From: an uncultured Actinomycetota bacterium
GTDB lineage: Bacteria > Actinomycetota > Actinomycetes > JACCUZ01
Direction: 5' to 3'
DNA: 64,000 nucleotides
Assembly: GCA_963697675.1 (NCBI GenBank)
Contig: CAVOOW010000010.1
Location: forward strand, 73,230 to 137,229
Below the pieces are notes generated by a model that saw nothing but the letters and a program-made list of their open reading frames with translations, was not told the origin of the DNA and made no database searches. Shown in pieces: positions 41,634 through 51,684 of this stretch. The translations under genes and the position numbers were made by a program. Each line of letters starts with the position of its first letter. Positions within the stretch are counted from its first letter, which is position 1.

Positions 41634-41707
41634 TGGGCCCCGTGGGACTCGAACCCACAACCTACGGATTAAAAGTCCGCAGCTCTGCCTGGTTGAGCTA
41701 GAGGCCC
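41634..41707 (-). tRNA. tRNA-Lys (anticodon UUU), the only complete copy
   Basis: The minus strand reads gggcctc-ta-gctcaaccaggcagagc-t-gcgga-cttTTTaa-tccgt-aggtt-gtgggttcgagtcccac-ggggccc-a. The 7-bp acceptor includes one G-U pair. The encoded CCA has been replaced by IS481 sequence (acc c). Confidence 0.8.
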
Positions 41708-41823
41708 GGCGGCTGATGTTGCCGCCGGGCAGCCTACCGGCGGATGGGGGCACCTGACGGTCCCCCGGATGGCGGCACCTGACGCCCCGGACGGGGGACC
41801 TCGACGGTCCCCCCGTCCGCTGC

Positions 41824-43279
41824 CTAAGCGGCGAGGTCGAGCTCCGGCTCGAGACTCGGGACGACGTCCGGCTCGAGCTCGTCGCGGCGGATCAGCGTCA
41901 GCGCCGCGATGATGCCGAGTGCCGGCGACGACGACTCCGCCGATGAAGGCGGCATTGAAGCCGTCGACCAGAGCATCCGGCAGTGCTGCGCCGGTCGCGA
42001 CCGCACTCTCGGTGTGGGAGGTCGCGATCGTGGACAGCGCCGCGATGCCCAGCGCCCCGCCGATCTGCTGCGAGGTGTTGAACAGCCCGGAGGCCAGACC
42101 TGCCTCAGCGGGCTGGACGCCGGCGAGGGCGGCGATCGAGATCGGCACGAACGAGAATCCGATGCCGAGCCCGGAGAGCAGGAAGCCGGGCAGCAGGTCG
42201 CCGAGGTATGAGCCGCCGACCGAGACCTGCGTGAAGTAGACAAGGCCAAGGGTCAGGCTCACCATGCCAACGACCAGGACTGGCTTGACGCCGACCCGGG
42301 TGACCAGCTGCGCCGCCACGGCCGACCACAGGATGGCCGTGCCCGCGACCGCGAGGTAGGCGACCCCGGCCTTCATCGCCGAGTAGCCGAGCACCTGCTG
42401 CATGTACAGCGTCAGCATCAGGAACATCGAGAACAAGGCGGTGCCCAGGATGAAGCCGGCGACATTCGCCCCTGCCACCGTCCGGGTCCGGAGGATGCCG
42501 AACCGCATCAGCGGCTCGGACTGGCGCAGCTCCCAGAACACGAAACCGGCGAGCAGGATCAGTGAGACGGCGAAGAAGCTCAGCGTCCTCGGCGCGAGCC
42601 AGCCGTCCTGCCCCGCCTGCGTGATGGCGTAGACGAGTGTGGAGAGCCCAACCGTGACGAGTGCGGCACCGGCGGCGTCGAACCGTTTCACGTGGGCATC
42701 CCGGCTCTCTTCGAGCAGGAACGGCGCCAGCACGAAGGCCGTCGCGCCGACCGGGATGTTGACGAAGAAGATCCATTCCCAGCTCAGCGCGTCGGTGAGC
42801 ACCCCGCCCAGCAGTACGCCGGCCGCTGCACCGAAGCCGCCGACGGCGCCCCAGACGCCAAGGGCGATGTTGCGTTCCTTGCCCTCAGCGAAGGTCGTGG
42901 AGAGCATCGAGAGCGCCGCGGGGGAGATGATCGCCGCGCCGAGCCCCTGCAGGGCGCGCGCTGCGATCAGCGACTCCTCCGACCAGGCAAGCCCGGCGAA
43001 CAGCGAGGCGAGCGTGAACACGATCACGCCCGCGAGGAAGACGCGGCGCCGCCCCAGCAGGTCCGCCGCTCGGCCGCCGAGAAGGAGCAGGCCCCCGAAG
43101 ACGAGCGCATAGGCGCTGATCACCCATTGCAGGTCCTCCTGCGAGAACCCGAGGTCGACCTTGATCGATGGCAGCGCGACGTTCACGATCGCGATGTCCA
43201 GGACGACCATGAACTGGACGGCGCTGAGGAGCGCCAGAGCCAGCCATTTTCGTCGGTCTGTTGTCTCCATTTCGAACAT
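41824..43279 (-). CDS. MFS transporter, DHA2 (EmrB/QacA) family, 14-TM; apparent 1-nt frameshift near 41930 at the extreme 3' end
   Basis: WLALALLSAVQFMVVLDIAIVNVALPSI...GRRRVFLAGVIVFTLASL. The expected tail LGIIAALTLIRRDELEP is in the adjacent frame (ORF 41824..42249). Confidence 0.75.
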
Positions 43280-43383
43280 GTCCCTTCAAGTAATCATCGA
43301 GTTGACTTGCAAAGTAGCAGTATCTACTTGCAGAACGCAAGCAATATCTTCGCAAAAGCAAGGAACCGCGCTACACTCGGGGC

Positions 43384-44109
43384 ATGGCGAAGCGCTACGA
43401 CCAGTACTGTCCGGTGGCCCACGCCCTGGAGCTGGTCGGCGAGCGGTGGGCGTTGCTCGTCGTACGCGAGCTGATGCGCGGGCCGAAGCGCTACACCGAC
43501 CTCGCCGACGCCCTCGGGATCGGCACGAACATCCTCGCCTCGCGGCTGCGCGACCTCGAGGCTTGCGGGGTGGTCACGACGCGGAAGCTGCCGCCGCCGG
43601 CCGCCTCCCGCGTCTACGAGCTCACCGACTACGGCCGCCAGCTCAAGGCGACGGTCCGGGAGCTGGCCCTCTGGGGCGCCCGCTCACTCGGTCCCCCGAC
43701 CGACGAGCACGAGATGTTCCCCGGCTGGCTCGAGAACGCCCTCGACACGGTGCTCGCCCCCGTCGCGCCACCGGGCCGGTTCGAGTTCCGCGTCGGGGGT
43801 GAGGTCGCCTCGATCGTCGACGGTGAGGCCCGGCCCGGGCCGGTCGACAGCCCCGACGTCGTCGTGGAGGCCGACCCGTCGGGCATGTACTACATGTTCG
43901 TGGACCGGCGTCAGGACCTCGTGTCCATCGCGGGGGACCATGACCTTCTCGGCCAGCTCCTCGATGCCGCTCAGGACCAGGCGGCACGCACCTCCGGTCC
44001 TGCACCGACGCGAGACGCGCGACCGCGCACCGAAACGGTCACGCTGCCGATCGGATCCCCGCCGGTTCCCCCGGGCGGGGCATTGTCGGCTGCGGCTGAG
44101 CCCGGCTGA
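43384..44109 (+). CDS. HxlR-family winged-helix transcriptional regulator with C-terminal extension
   Basis: YCPVAHALELVGERWALLVVRELMRGPKRYTDLADALGIGTNILASRLRDLE. It is divergent from the MFS pump gene. Confidence 0.75.
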   Translation: MAKRYDQYCPVAHALELVGERWALLVVRELMRGPKRYTDLADALGIGTNILASRLRDLEACGVVTTRKLPPPAASRVYELTDYGRQLKATVRELALWGARSLGPPTDEHEMFPGWLENALDTVLAPVAPPGRFEFRVGGEVASIVDGEARPGPVDSPDVVVEADPSGMYYMFVDRRQDLVSIAGDHDLLGQLLDAAQDQAARTSGPAPTRDARPRTETVTLPIGSPPVPPGGALSAAAEPG

Positions 44110-44137
44110 CGAAAGCCCGACGGCGTCGGGCTGGTGG

Positions 44138-46596
44138 TCACCCCGATCGCGCCCCCGCGAAGCGACGGACGAAGGGCCACCTGGCGCGCTGTCGAGGGAT
44201 GGAGCGCTGGTCCACGCTGGCGACGAGTCCGGGAAGAGCCCCCGGAGTCTCGTCCATCAACGTGATCGCGTTGCGCCCCGCGAGGTAGCCCAGGGCGCGA
44301 TAGGCCTCGAACTTCTGGTCCGTGTAGAGCTGGTCTGCGGTCGGATCATTGGGGAACTTGGCATCGGTTGCGTGATAGGCCTGCACATCCCACGGCGCAT
44401 CCTTCGTCACCACCGTCCGGGCATAGATCAATCGGCCGCGGGTGCCGTCATCGAAGGCAATCGTCCCGCTGACGCAGTCCTTCTCGGCGAGCTGGCGAGG
44501 ACCGTTGGGGTCGGGCACGAGGGGCGTCGGATCGATGGTGATCTCGACGTTCAACTCGCTGCGTGCCAGCGCGATCGCGTCGCCAAGAGTGCCGAACGTT
44601 CCGGGTCGGCCACCGCTCGCGTCGAAGCAGTAGATGTTGGCGCACCCCCGCCGCAGCAGCTCGACCAAGCCCAGGTTCTCGTAGTGGCCGCCGTCCGTCA
44701 CATATAGGAACTTTGCGTTCACGTTGTTGAGCCCGAGCAGTTCGCGCACCAGATAGGACGGCCGCGGTCGCGGCACCCACCGGCGTCGCTTACCCGTGGT
44801 CCGCGTCGACTGCCAGTCCTCGAGGCGCCGGGGGTTTGGCACCCAGACGCCGAGCCTGATGTTCGACAATGCGAGCAGGAACGTGAGCGGTCGCCTGGTC
44901 ATCTTGCCCATCGAGGGGGACAACGCCGCGCCCGACATGGCGACCGCGGCGATGAGGGTGAAGTCGCGATGCCTCGTGTCGGGGATGTACTTCTCGAAGT
45001 CCTCAGTTGACACGCCGCCGACGAGGGGGCCGCCGAGCGCGTAGGGGCTGAACGTAAAGCTCGTCACGCCGCGACCGGGTGGCGTGGCGCAGGGTTCGAG
45101 ATGTTGGCGGCGGCGCACACCAGCAGTGTCGGCCAGGATTCGAGACCGGTCTGCGAGAGGGCCACCAGCTTTGTGTAGTCCCGCTCTCGCGCCACCTCAG
45201 GCGCCTTCTTCGTGAGATCCATCGCGGGCATCCGCTCGTCCTTGACGCGCTTGAGCGCAAAGGCACTGGCGAGACGGCGGCGGTAGAAGGGATGCAATGA
45301 CCACGTCGTCAGGTCGGCGCGGTAGTAAAGCAGGACGAACAGTGAGAGCGATATCGCAACGAGAACCCAATCCCTCGGCGATATCTCCGGCTCCTTGACG
45401 GTCAACAGTGCCGTCCAGACGATGATTGCCAACAGGAGCAGTGGTCCGGCGATCGCCCCGGCGAAGTAGGTGATGAACCTGCTCAGCCCCGAGGAGAGCT
45501 TGCCGAACCAGCGACGCAACGTGCTGATGCTCTCCAAGGCCGTTGCTGGCTCGGAAATCCTTGACTGCAATTGAAGAAAGACACCCAGTAGGACTGTGGC
45601 AAGACTTGCGCCGCCTACGGTGCCCACAGCCTGGACCTGCTCCGACGTGACCGCGGTGGTTGTCGGATGGTCTGAAAGATTCCGCAGCGCGGCCAGCGTC
45701 GCCGGCACCAAGGCAATGAAGACGGTTGCAACTCCGAGAGTCACGATGAAGCGCAAGGACCAAGCCTGCACCGCGGCGCGCCACGAGTCATGCTTGAAGC
45801 GCCAGATGACCGTCCAGATCCCCAGTAGGGCGAACGCCACAAGCGCCCAGACGAGCAGCATGACCAACCAGTGCGGAAGGGAGGCGGTGAAGACACAGTT
45901 GTCGTCCCCGCGTTTGCATGCCGTTCCTGTGGACGTCACCGGTGTGCGAAGCGTTGGGAACCGCCATCGGTAAGCGAGCCCGAGAAAGAACCCCGTCGGG
46001 GCAAGCACGAGCGTCAAGAAACCGAGATTGAAGACGAACCCGAGAATCACGCGATAGCCCAAGGCCAACTTGCCCGAGGCTCCGGGCGCGAGATAGGAGC
46101 TCCGGTTGCGCAGGTATTGCTCCTCCGGCGAACCCGGGTGGAACGGTGGAGTCTCGGCGATCAGGCTGGGGTCGGAGTCGTCGTAGCCGGGTTCGCCTTT
46201 CTTGGGTTGCGGTTCCGCCGGATCCCATGTCTTCGCGACCATCGCCATGCCGGCAGCGATATAGGAACCGCCGGAGACCGCCGCCACATAAGCCGCCTCG
46301 CTGAGGCGGTTCAAGCTCGGGTCCTCCTTCGACTTTTCCTTGGACAGGGCTTGCAGCGCACCCAGGTTGAACGACGCTGACCGGATGCCGCCGCCGGAGC
46401 AGCAGATGCCGACCTTGTCGTCCGACGGCGGTTCGATCGTCCCGATGAAAGAGGCCGTCGGTTCCGGCTTGATGCCGAGTAGCAGCCGGCGCCGGGTCTG
46501 GTACGCCCTGTCCACATCCCTACGGCGCATGACGCGAGCCGGCACTTCTTGGACGAGTCCGGAGTCGCGCGTTAGTGGCGTTTCAGGCGCAGTCAT
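44138..46596 (-). CDS. Large patatin-like phospholipase with embedded multi-TM region; apparent frameshift about 45080-45118
   Basis: N-terminal oxyanion/nucleophile motifs GICCSGGGIRSA and AVSGGSYIAAG. About 250 aa of TM helices follow. The C-terminal DGG catalytic-Asp motif YVTDGGHYENLGLVELLRRGC continues in the overlapping ORF 44138..45118. Confidence 0.6.
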
Positions 46597-46721
46597 GATC
46601 CCCCCTCAGCCGCAGCAAGGCGACTACTGCTGTTTTGTACGCGCATAGTCACCACCGGTCAACCATGTGACACGGTCCTGACCGGACGACTGCCTGTGGC
46701 GGCTCATCGACTAGCGGCAAG

Positions 46722-47933
46722 ATGGCGCCTATGGCCTACGACGTCGAACGAGTCCGTCAGTCCTTCCCTGCCCTCAAGGAGGGCGCCGCGCACTTCGACG
46801 GACCGGGCGGATCCCAGGTGCCGCGACAGGTGGGCCACGCCATCGCCGGCACGATCACCGCGGCGATCGCAAACCGCGGCACGGTGACGGCCGCGGAGCG
46901 GCGCGCCGACTCGGTCGTGAACGAGGCCCGCGAGGCGGTGGCTGACCTGCTCGGCGCAACACGCGACGGGGTGGTGTTCGGCCGGTCGATGACCCAGCTC
47001 ACCTATGACATCTCGCGCGCGCTGGCCAAGCAGTGGTCGGCGGGCGACGAGGTCGTGGTGACCCGGCTCGACCACGACGCGAACATCAGGCCGTGGGTAC
47101 GCGCGGCGGAGGTTGCCGGTGCGACCGTGCGCTGGGCGCCGTTCGACCCGGCCACGGGCGAGCTCGCGGTCAGCGACATCACCGACCTCCTCAGTGCACG
47201 CACCCGGGTGGTTGCCGTCACCGGTGCGTCGAACATCCTCGGCACCCGACCGGACGTCCCGGCGATCGCCGACGCTGCGCACGCGCAGGGAACCCTCGTC
47301 TACGTCGACGGCGTGCACCTGACCCCCCACGCCTCGGTCGACGTATCTTCGCTCGGGGCGGACTTCTTCGTCTGCTCGCCCTACAAGTTCCTCGGTCCGC
47401 ACCTGGGCACGCTCGCTGCCGACCCGGGGCTGCTCGACAAGCTCGAGCCCGACAAGCTGCTGCCCCAGACCGATGACGTGCCCGAGCGATTCGAGCTGGG
47501 CACGCTGCCCTACGAGCTGCTGGCCGGCACGACTGCCGCGATCGACTTCCTCGCCGACCTGGTGGGGGGTGACGGCGACCGCCGCTCCAGGCTCGTCGCA
47601 AGCATGGATGCGCTCGAGGACTACGAAGCCGGGCTCTTCGCGATGCTGCTCGACGGGCTGGCCGCCCTCGACGGGGTGACGCTGCACGGCAGCGCTGCCC
47701 AACGCACCCCGACGGCGCTGTTCAGCGTGGCGGGGCGCACCCCGCAGGAGGTGTACGAGCGTCTTGCGCTCGCCGGTGTGAATGCACCCGGCGGCAACTT
47801 CTATGCGCTGGAGGCGTCCCGCTGGCTGGGTCTGGGAGACGAAGGCGCGACGCGCGCGGGCCTGGCGCCGTACACGGACTCCTCGGACATCGACCGCCTG
47901 CTCACCGCCGTCGCCGACTGCCGCACCGTCTGA
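46722..47933 (+). CDS. Cysteine desulfurase-like PLP-dependent aminotransferase class V protein
   Basis: Fold-type I class V motifs ...VYVDGVHLTPHASVDV..DFFVCSPYKFLGPHLG. Confidence 0.8.
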   Translation: MAPMAYDVERVRQSFPALKEGAAHFDGPGGSQVPRQVGHAIAGTITAAIANRGTVTAAERRADSVVNEAREAVADLLGATRDGVVFGRSMTQLTYDISRALAKQWSAGDEVVVTRLDHDANIRPWVRAAEVAGATVRWAPFDPATGELAVSDITDLLSARTRVVAVTGASNILGTRPDVPAIADAAHAQGTLVYVDGVHLTPHASVDVSSLGADFFVCSPYKFLGPHLGTLAADPGLLDKLEPDKLLPQTDDVPERFELGTLPYELLAGTTAAIDFLADLVGGDGDRRSRLVASMDALEDYEAGLFAMLLDGLAALDGVTLHGSAAQRTPTALFSVAGRTPQEVYERLALAGVNAPGGNFYALEASRWLGLGDEGATRAGLAPYTDSSDIDRLLTAVADCRTV

Positions 47934-48119
47934 CCGGCGGGGCCGCGCGTCGCCTGACCGGCGCCAGAGGGCCGCCGAACGGCTGAATTCTGCCGGCGAT
48001 GTATCTGGACGTGTCACATCCGGCTCTGTCCGGAGACAAACTGTCGAGTGCTCCTGCAAGTCAGCCGCAAGTCGGCTGACAGTGCTCAAGAGGACAGTGG
48101 CGTTGACCGAGGAGGAACC

Positions 48120-48455
48120 ATGACCCAGTTCACGCTTCACTGCCCGCTCTGTTCGGCTGAGCTGATGCTCACCGCGCGGCGGCTGATGGTGCGCGTAGAC
48201 GCCGGCACTGCCACGTCGGGCGAGGTCCTGTTCACCTGCCTTGGCTGCCGCCAGACCTCAGCCGTCAACGTCGACGTCGATGCTGTCGCAGCGCTGGTGG
48301 GCGCGGGCGTCACCTTCCTGAGCATGTCCGAGCCGACCATCGACCACCCCGAGTCGCGCCTGGGCGGCCCGCCGCTCACCCACGACGACCTGCTCGACCT
48401 GCACGCCGCCCTGGACGGCGACGCCTGGTTCGAGCAGCTCGCCACTGTCGACTGA
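48120..48455 (+). CDS. Small hypothetical protein with two CxxC pairs (zinc-ribbon-like)
   Basis: MTQFTLHCPLCSAE...FTCLGCRQTS. GAGGAGGA RBS. Confidence 0.4.
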   Translation: MTQFTLHCPLCSAELMLTARRLMVRVDAGTATSGEVLFTCLGCRQTSAVNVDVDAVAALVGAGVTFLSMSEPTIDHPESRLGGPPLTHDDLLDLHAALDGDAWFEQLATVD

Positions 48456-48472
48456 CACGCGTCAGGCAGGCT

Positions 48473-49702
48473 TCAGGTCCGTGCGGGGCTGCTCACGGCC
48501 GCCCGGCTGCGGCTGAGCTCGGCGAGCAGCTGGCGCTCTCGTACCACGAAGTCGTCCAGGGGATGCCCACGCTCGGCGCGCTCGCGCAGGAACGCCAGCT
48601 CGGTCCCTGCGAGCTGGAAGTCGTGCAGTGCTCGCGAGCTGGCGCCGCCGTAGGTCCGTTCGGCCCACGCCATCGCCTGTCGTCGTCGCGGCATCGACGC
48701 GAGCATCGCGACGTCCTCGGGCACGAGCCAGCCGGACTGCACATAGAGCGGCAGCCATCTTGCGATGGTGGCGCCCTCGCGACGGCGCGACCAGGTCGCG
48801 ACTGCCAGGGTCAGCACGAACGCCGGCACCATGATGAGCACATAGCCGACGAGAAAGCCGTGCAGACCTGACAGCGAGGCGTAGTTCCACGTGGCGTGCA
48901 GGGCGACAGCCAGCAGGTAGCCCCCGATGGGGGCGAGCCAGCGCGCGCTCCCGGGCCGTCCTCGCGCCGCGATGCCCAACCCGATGCCCGTCATCGTCGT
49001 GAACAGCGGGTGGGCGAAGGGCGCAAGAACGCCGCGGAGTACGAAGGTCGACCCGGCAGCGAACAGTCCGCCCGTGACACCCAGCTGCTCGTTGCCGGCC
49101 AGGAATGCGCGCCCGAAGTAGAGGATGTTCTCGGTGAAGGCGAAGCCGACCCCCACGAACCCGGCCAGGACGATGCCGTCGACGATCCCGTCGAACTCCT
49201 TGCGGCGGAACAGGAAAACCGCGAGCACGGCTGCGCCTTTCGCGCCCTCTTCGACCCATGGAGCGATGAGGACGCCTGTCGTCGCCATGCCTTGCCCGGC
49301 GTCGCTCGTACGCGCCACGATGATCGCGCTCGCGGTGTTCAGCGTCGCCGCGATGAGAGCCGCGACGGTGGCGCCCCAGAAGAACGCGAAGGCGAGCAGT
49401 GCCCTGGGCTCGGGTTCATAGCGGTCGACCCAGCGCAGCGCACCGATGACGATCGGCAGCGGCAGCACGGCGAGGCTGACGCCGATCAGGAAGCCGCCGA
49501 CTCCGGTCGAGCTCGTCTCCGAGCCGAGGACCACGAGGCCGCTGGCCGCCATCAGCAGGGCGAGCAGCCCGATCAGTACTCCCCGCAAGGCCCGCCGTCC
49601 TCGACGTACCCGGGGCTCGTCCGAAAGCCACTCGTTGGCGTCGCGGGCGGACGGCGGCCACGGTGCCCTGGTGGGCATGGTCGGCCCGACCGGGAGTGAC
49701 AT
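48473..49702 (-). CDS. PrsW-family intramembrane metalloprotease
   Basis: VEEGAKGAAV, FAFTENILY, HATWNY motifs. The start is uncertain. Confidence 0.7.
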   Translation of the reverse strand: MSLPVGPTMPTRAPWPPSARDANEWLSDEPRVRRGRRALRGVLIGLLALLMAASGLVVLGSETSSTGVGGFLIGVSLAVLPLPIVIGALRWVDRYEPEPRALLAFAFFWGATVAALIAATLNTASAIIVARTSDAGQGMATTGVLIAPWVEEGAKGAAVLAVFLFRRKEFDGIVDGIVLAGFVGVGFAFTENILYFGRAFLAGNEQLGVTGGLFAAGSTFVLRGVLAPFAHPLFTTMTGIGLGIAARGRPGSARWLAPIGGYLLAVALHATWNYASLSGLHGFLVGYVLIMVPAFVLTLAVATWSRRREGATIARWLPLYVQSGWLVPEDVAMLASMPRRRQAMAWAERTYGGASSRALHDFQLAGTELAFLRERAERGHPLDDFVVRERQLLAELSRSRAAVSSPART

Positions 49703-49740
49703 GCGGAGAGCCTAAAGCGTGGGCGTGAGATCGTTCCGCC

Positions 49741-51093
49741 ATGACGACCATCGACCGTGACCGACTGCACGAGCTGATGAAGGCCGAGCAGGACTATTTC
49801 GTGGCCCGCCACCCGAAGTCGCAGGCGCTGTTCGAACGGGCCCGTGCGGTCCTGCCGGGTGGGGTTCCGATGAGCTGGATGAGCAAGTGGCCCGGCGGTT
49901 TCCCGGTGCACGTGGCGGAGGCGTCCGGCGCGCACTTCACCGACGTCGATGGCATCGACTACGTCGACTTCTGCCTGGGCGACACAGGGGCCATGACCGG
50001 CCACTCGCCGCCTGCCACGGTCGAGGAGGTACGTCGGCAGGTGGCTCGCGGCATCACGGCCATGCTGCCGACGGCCGACGCCGCCATCGTCGCGGAGGAC
50101 CTCGGCGCCCGGTTCGGACTGCCGCTGTGGCAGTTCACGCTGTCGGCCACCGACGCCAACCGCCACGTCGTCCGCTATGCGCGGCATGTGTCGCGGCGCC
50201 CCAAGATCGTCGTTCACGACTTCTGCTACCACGGCAGTGTCGACGAGACGTTCGCGACGCTTTCCGGGGGACGCACCGTCAACCGGCGCGGGAACATCGG
50301 CCCCCCGGTCGACGTCGGCGAGACCACGACGGTTGTGCCCTTCAACGACGTCGATGCTCTCGAGCGGGCGCTCGCGGCCGGTGACGTGGCGGCGGTCCTC
50401 TTCGAGCCGGCGCTGACCAACGTGGGCATCGTCCTTCCGGAACCGGGCTACCACGACGCGGTGCGGGCGCTGACCCGGGAGCACGGCGTCCTGCTCGTCA
50501 TCGACGAGACCCACACCCTGTGCGCGGGGCCGGGCGGCTACACGGCCGCCTACGGCCTCTCGCCGGACTTCGTCACGCTCGGCAAGGCGGTGGCGGGCGG
50601 CATCCCGGTCGGGGCTTTCGGCATGACAGCCGAGGTGTCGGCGGCGATCGACGCGAGCATCGCGCTCGAGGACATCGACGTGGGCGGGATCGGGGGCACG
50701 CTGGCGGGCAACGCGCTGTCGTTGGCCGCCATGCGGGTCACGCTCGCGGACGTGCTGACACCGTCGGCGTACTCCCGGATGATCCCGCTCGCGGATCGCT
50801 GGGCGGACGGCGTCGACGCGGGCATCGCCCGCTACGACCTGCCGTGGCACTGCAGCCGCCTCGGTGCGCGCGCCGAGTACAACTTCTCGCCGACGCCGCC
50901 CCGTGACGGAGCGCAGGCCCACGCGGCTGGCGACTTCGAGATAGAGCAGTTCCTGCACCTCTTCCTGCTCAACCGCGGCATCCTGCTGACCCCCTTCCAC
51001 AACATGGCCCTGATGTCGCCGGCGACCACCGAGGCCGACGTCGATCGCCATACCGAGGTCTTCGGTGAGGCCCTGGCGACGCTGGCGGGGTGA
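49741..51093 (+). CDS. Aminotransferase class III (glutamate-1-semialdehyde aminomutase-like)
   Basis: LVIDETHTL...TLGKAVAGGIPVGAFG (PLP-binding lysine region). Confidence 0.8.
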   Translation: MTTIDRDRLHELMKAEQDYFVARHPKSQALFERARAVLPGGVPMSWMSKWPGGFPVHVAEASGAHFTDVDGIDYVDFCLGDTGAMTGHSPPATVEEVRRQVARGITAMLPTADAAIVAEDLGARFGLPLWQFTLSATDANRHVVRYARHVSRRPKIVVHDFCYHGSVDETFATLSGGRTVNRRGNIGPPVDVGETTTVVPFNDVDALERALAAGDVAAVLFEPALTNVGIVLPEPGYHDAVRALTREHGVLLVIDETHTLCAGPGGYTAAYGLSPDFVTLGKAVAGGIPVGAFGMTAEVSAAIDASIALEDIDVGGIGGTLAGNALSLAAMRVTLADVLTPSAYSRMIPLADRWADGVDAGIARYDLPWHCSRLGARAEYNFSPTPPRDGAQAHAAGDFEIEQFLHLFLLNRGILLTPFHNMALMSPATTEADVDRHTEVFGEALATLAG

Positions 51094-51331
51094 CCCCGGT
51101 CATGCGATCTAGGACTGAGGTAGCCCGTGCGGGGGGCACCTGACCCGGGAGGATCAGGCTGCAATGGCCCGAGTGGGTCATGGCGGCGCAAACCGGGCAT
51201 ACCTAGGCTGTGGATCGGTAGTTCTGTTGGCCGGTTCGTTATGCGGAAAGCCACCATGCGGTGCTTTCCGGCCAGTGTTTCCGCAGTCTGGGGCGTCAAC
51301 TGTGTCGTTAGAGGAAGGTGGTCCGCCGGTG

Positions 51332-51484
51332 ATGCGTCCGACGGACACCCGATTGCAGGATCCGCTCGTTCTCGACGAAATCGAGCTGTACGGGGAGCTC
51401 GTGATCGCTGCCTCGTCCTCCGACCACCCGTTGAGCCGCGACGAGATCGACCACGTACTCGGTGTCGACGAGGCACGCGACTGA
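51332..51484 (+). CDS. Small conserved hypothetical protein (50 aa)
   Basis: MRPTDTRLQDPLVLDEIELYGELVIAAS...LGVDEARD. RBS gaggaagg. Its 3' end is tandemly triplicated downstream. Confidence 0.3.
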   Translation: MRPTDTRLQDPLVLDEIELYGELVIAASSSDHPLSRDEIDHVLGVDEARD

Positions 51485-51569
51485 CCGCACCGGCCGCTCT
51501 TGCGGTGTCGACGAGGCACGCGACGGACCGCACCGGCCGCTTTTGCGGTGTCGACGAGGCGCACGACCG
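51461..51569 (+). repeat. 43-nt tandem repeat, about 2.5 copies
   Basis: ggtgtcgacgaggcacgcgac[t/g]gaccgcaccggccgct[c/t]ttgc, two full copies plus a partial third. Confidence 0.7.
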
Positions 51570-51684
51570 GGCCTGTCCTGCCCAGCCCGGTCTTCTCCCA
51601 GCGGACCCCGGTAGGTCCGGGCGACAGGAACTGGCCCTAGCATCACGCCCGGACCCGCATTGCCGCCCAGTCCTGGAGTCCCCA

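Noticed and set aside
51461-51569. Possible CRISPR array
   Set aside because: Only about 2.5 directly adjacent 43-nt units with no spacers. It is a simple tandem duplication. No cas genes in the window.
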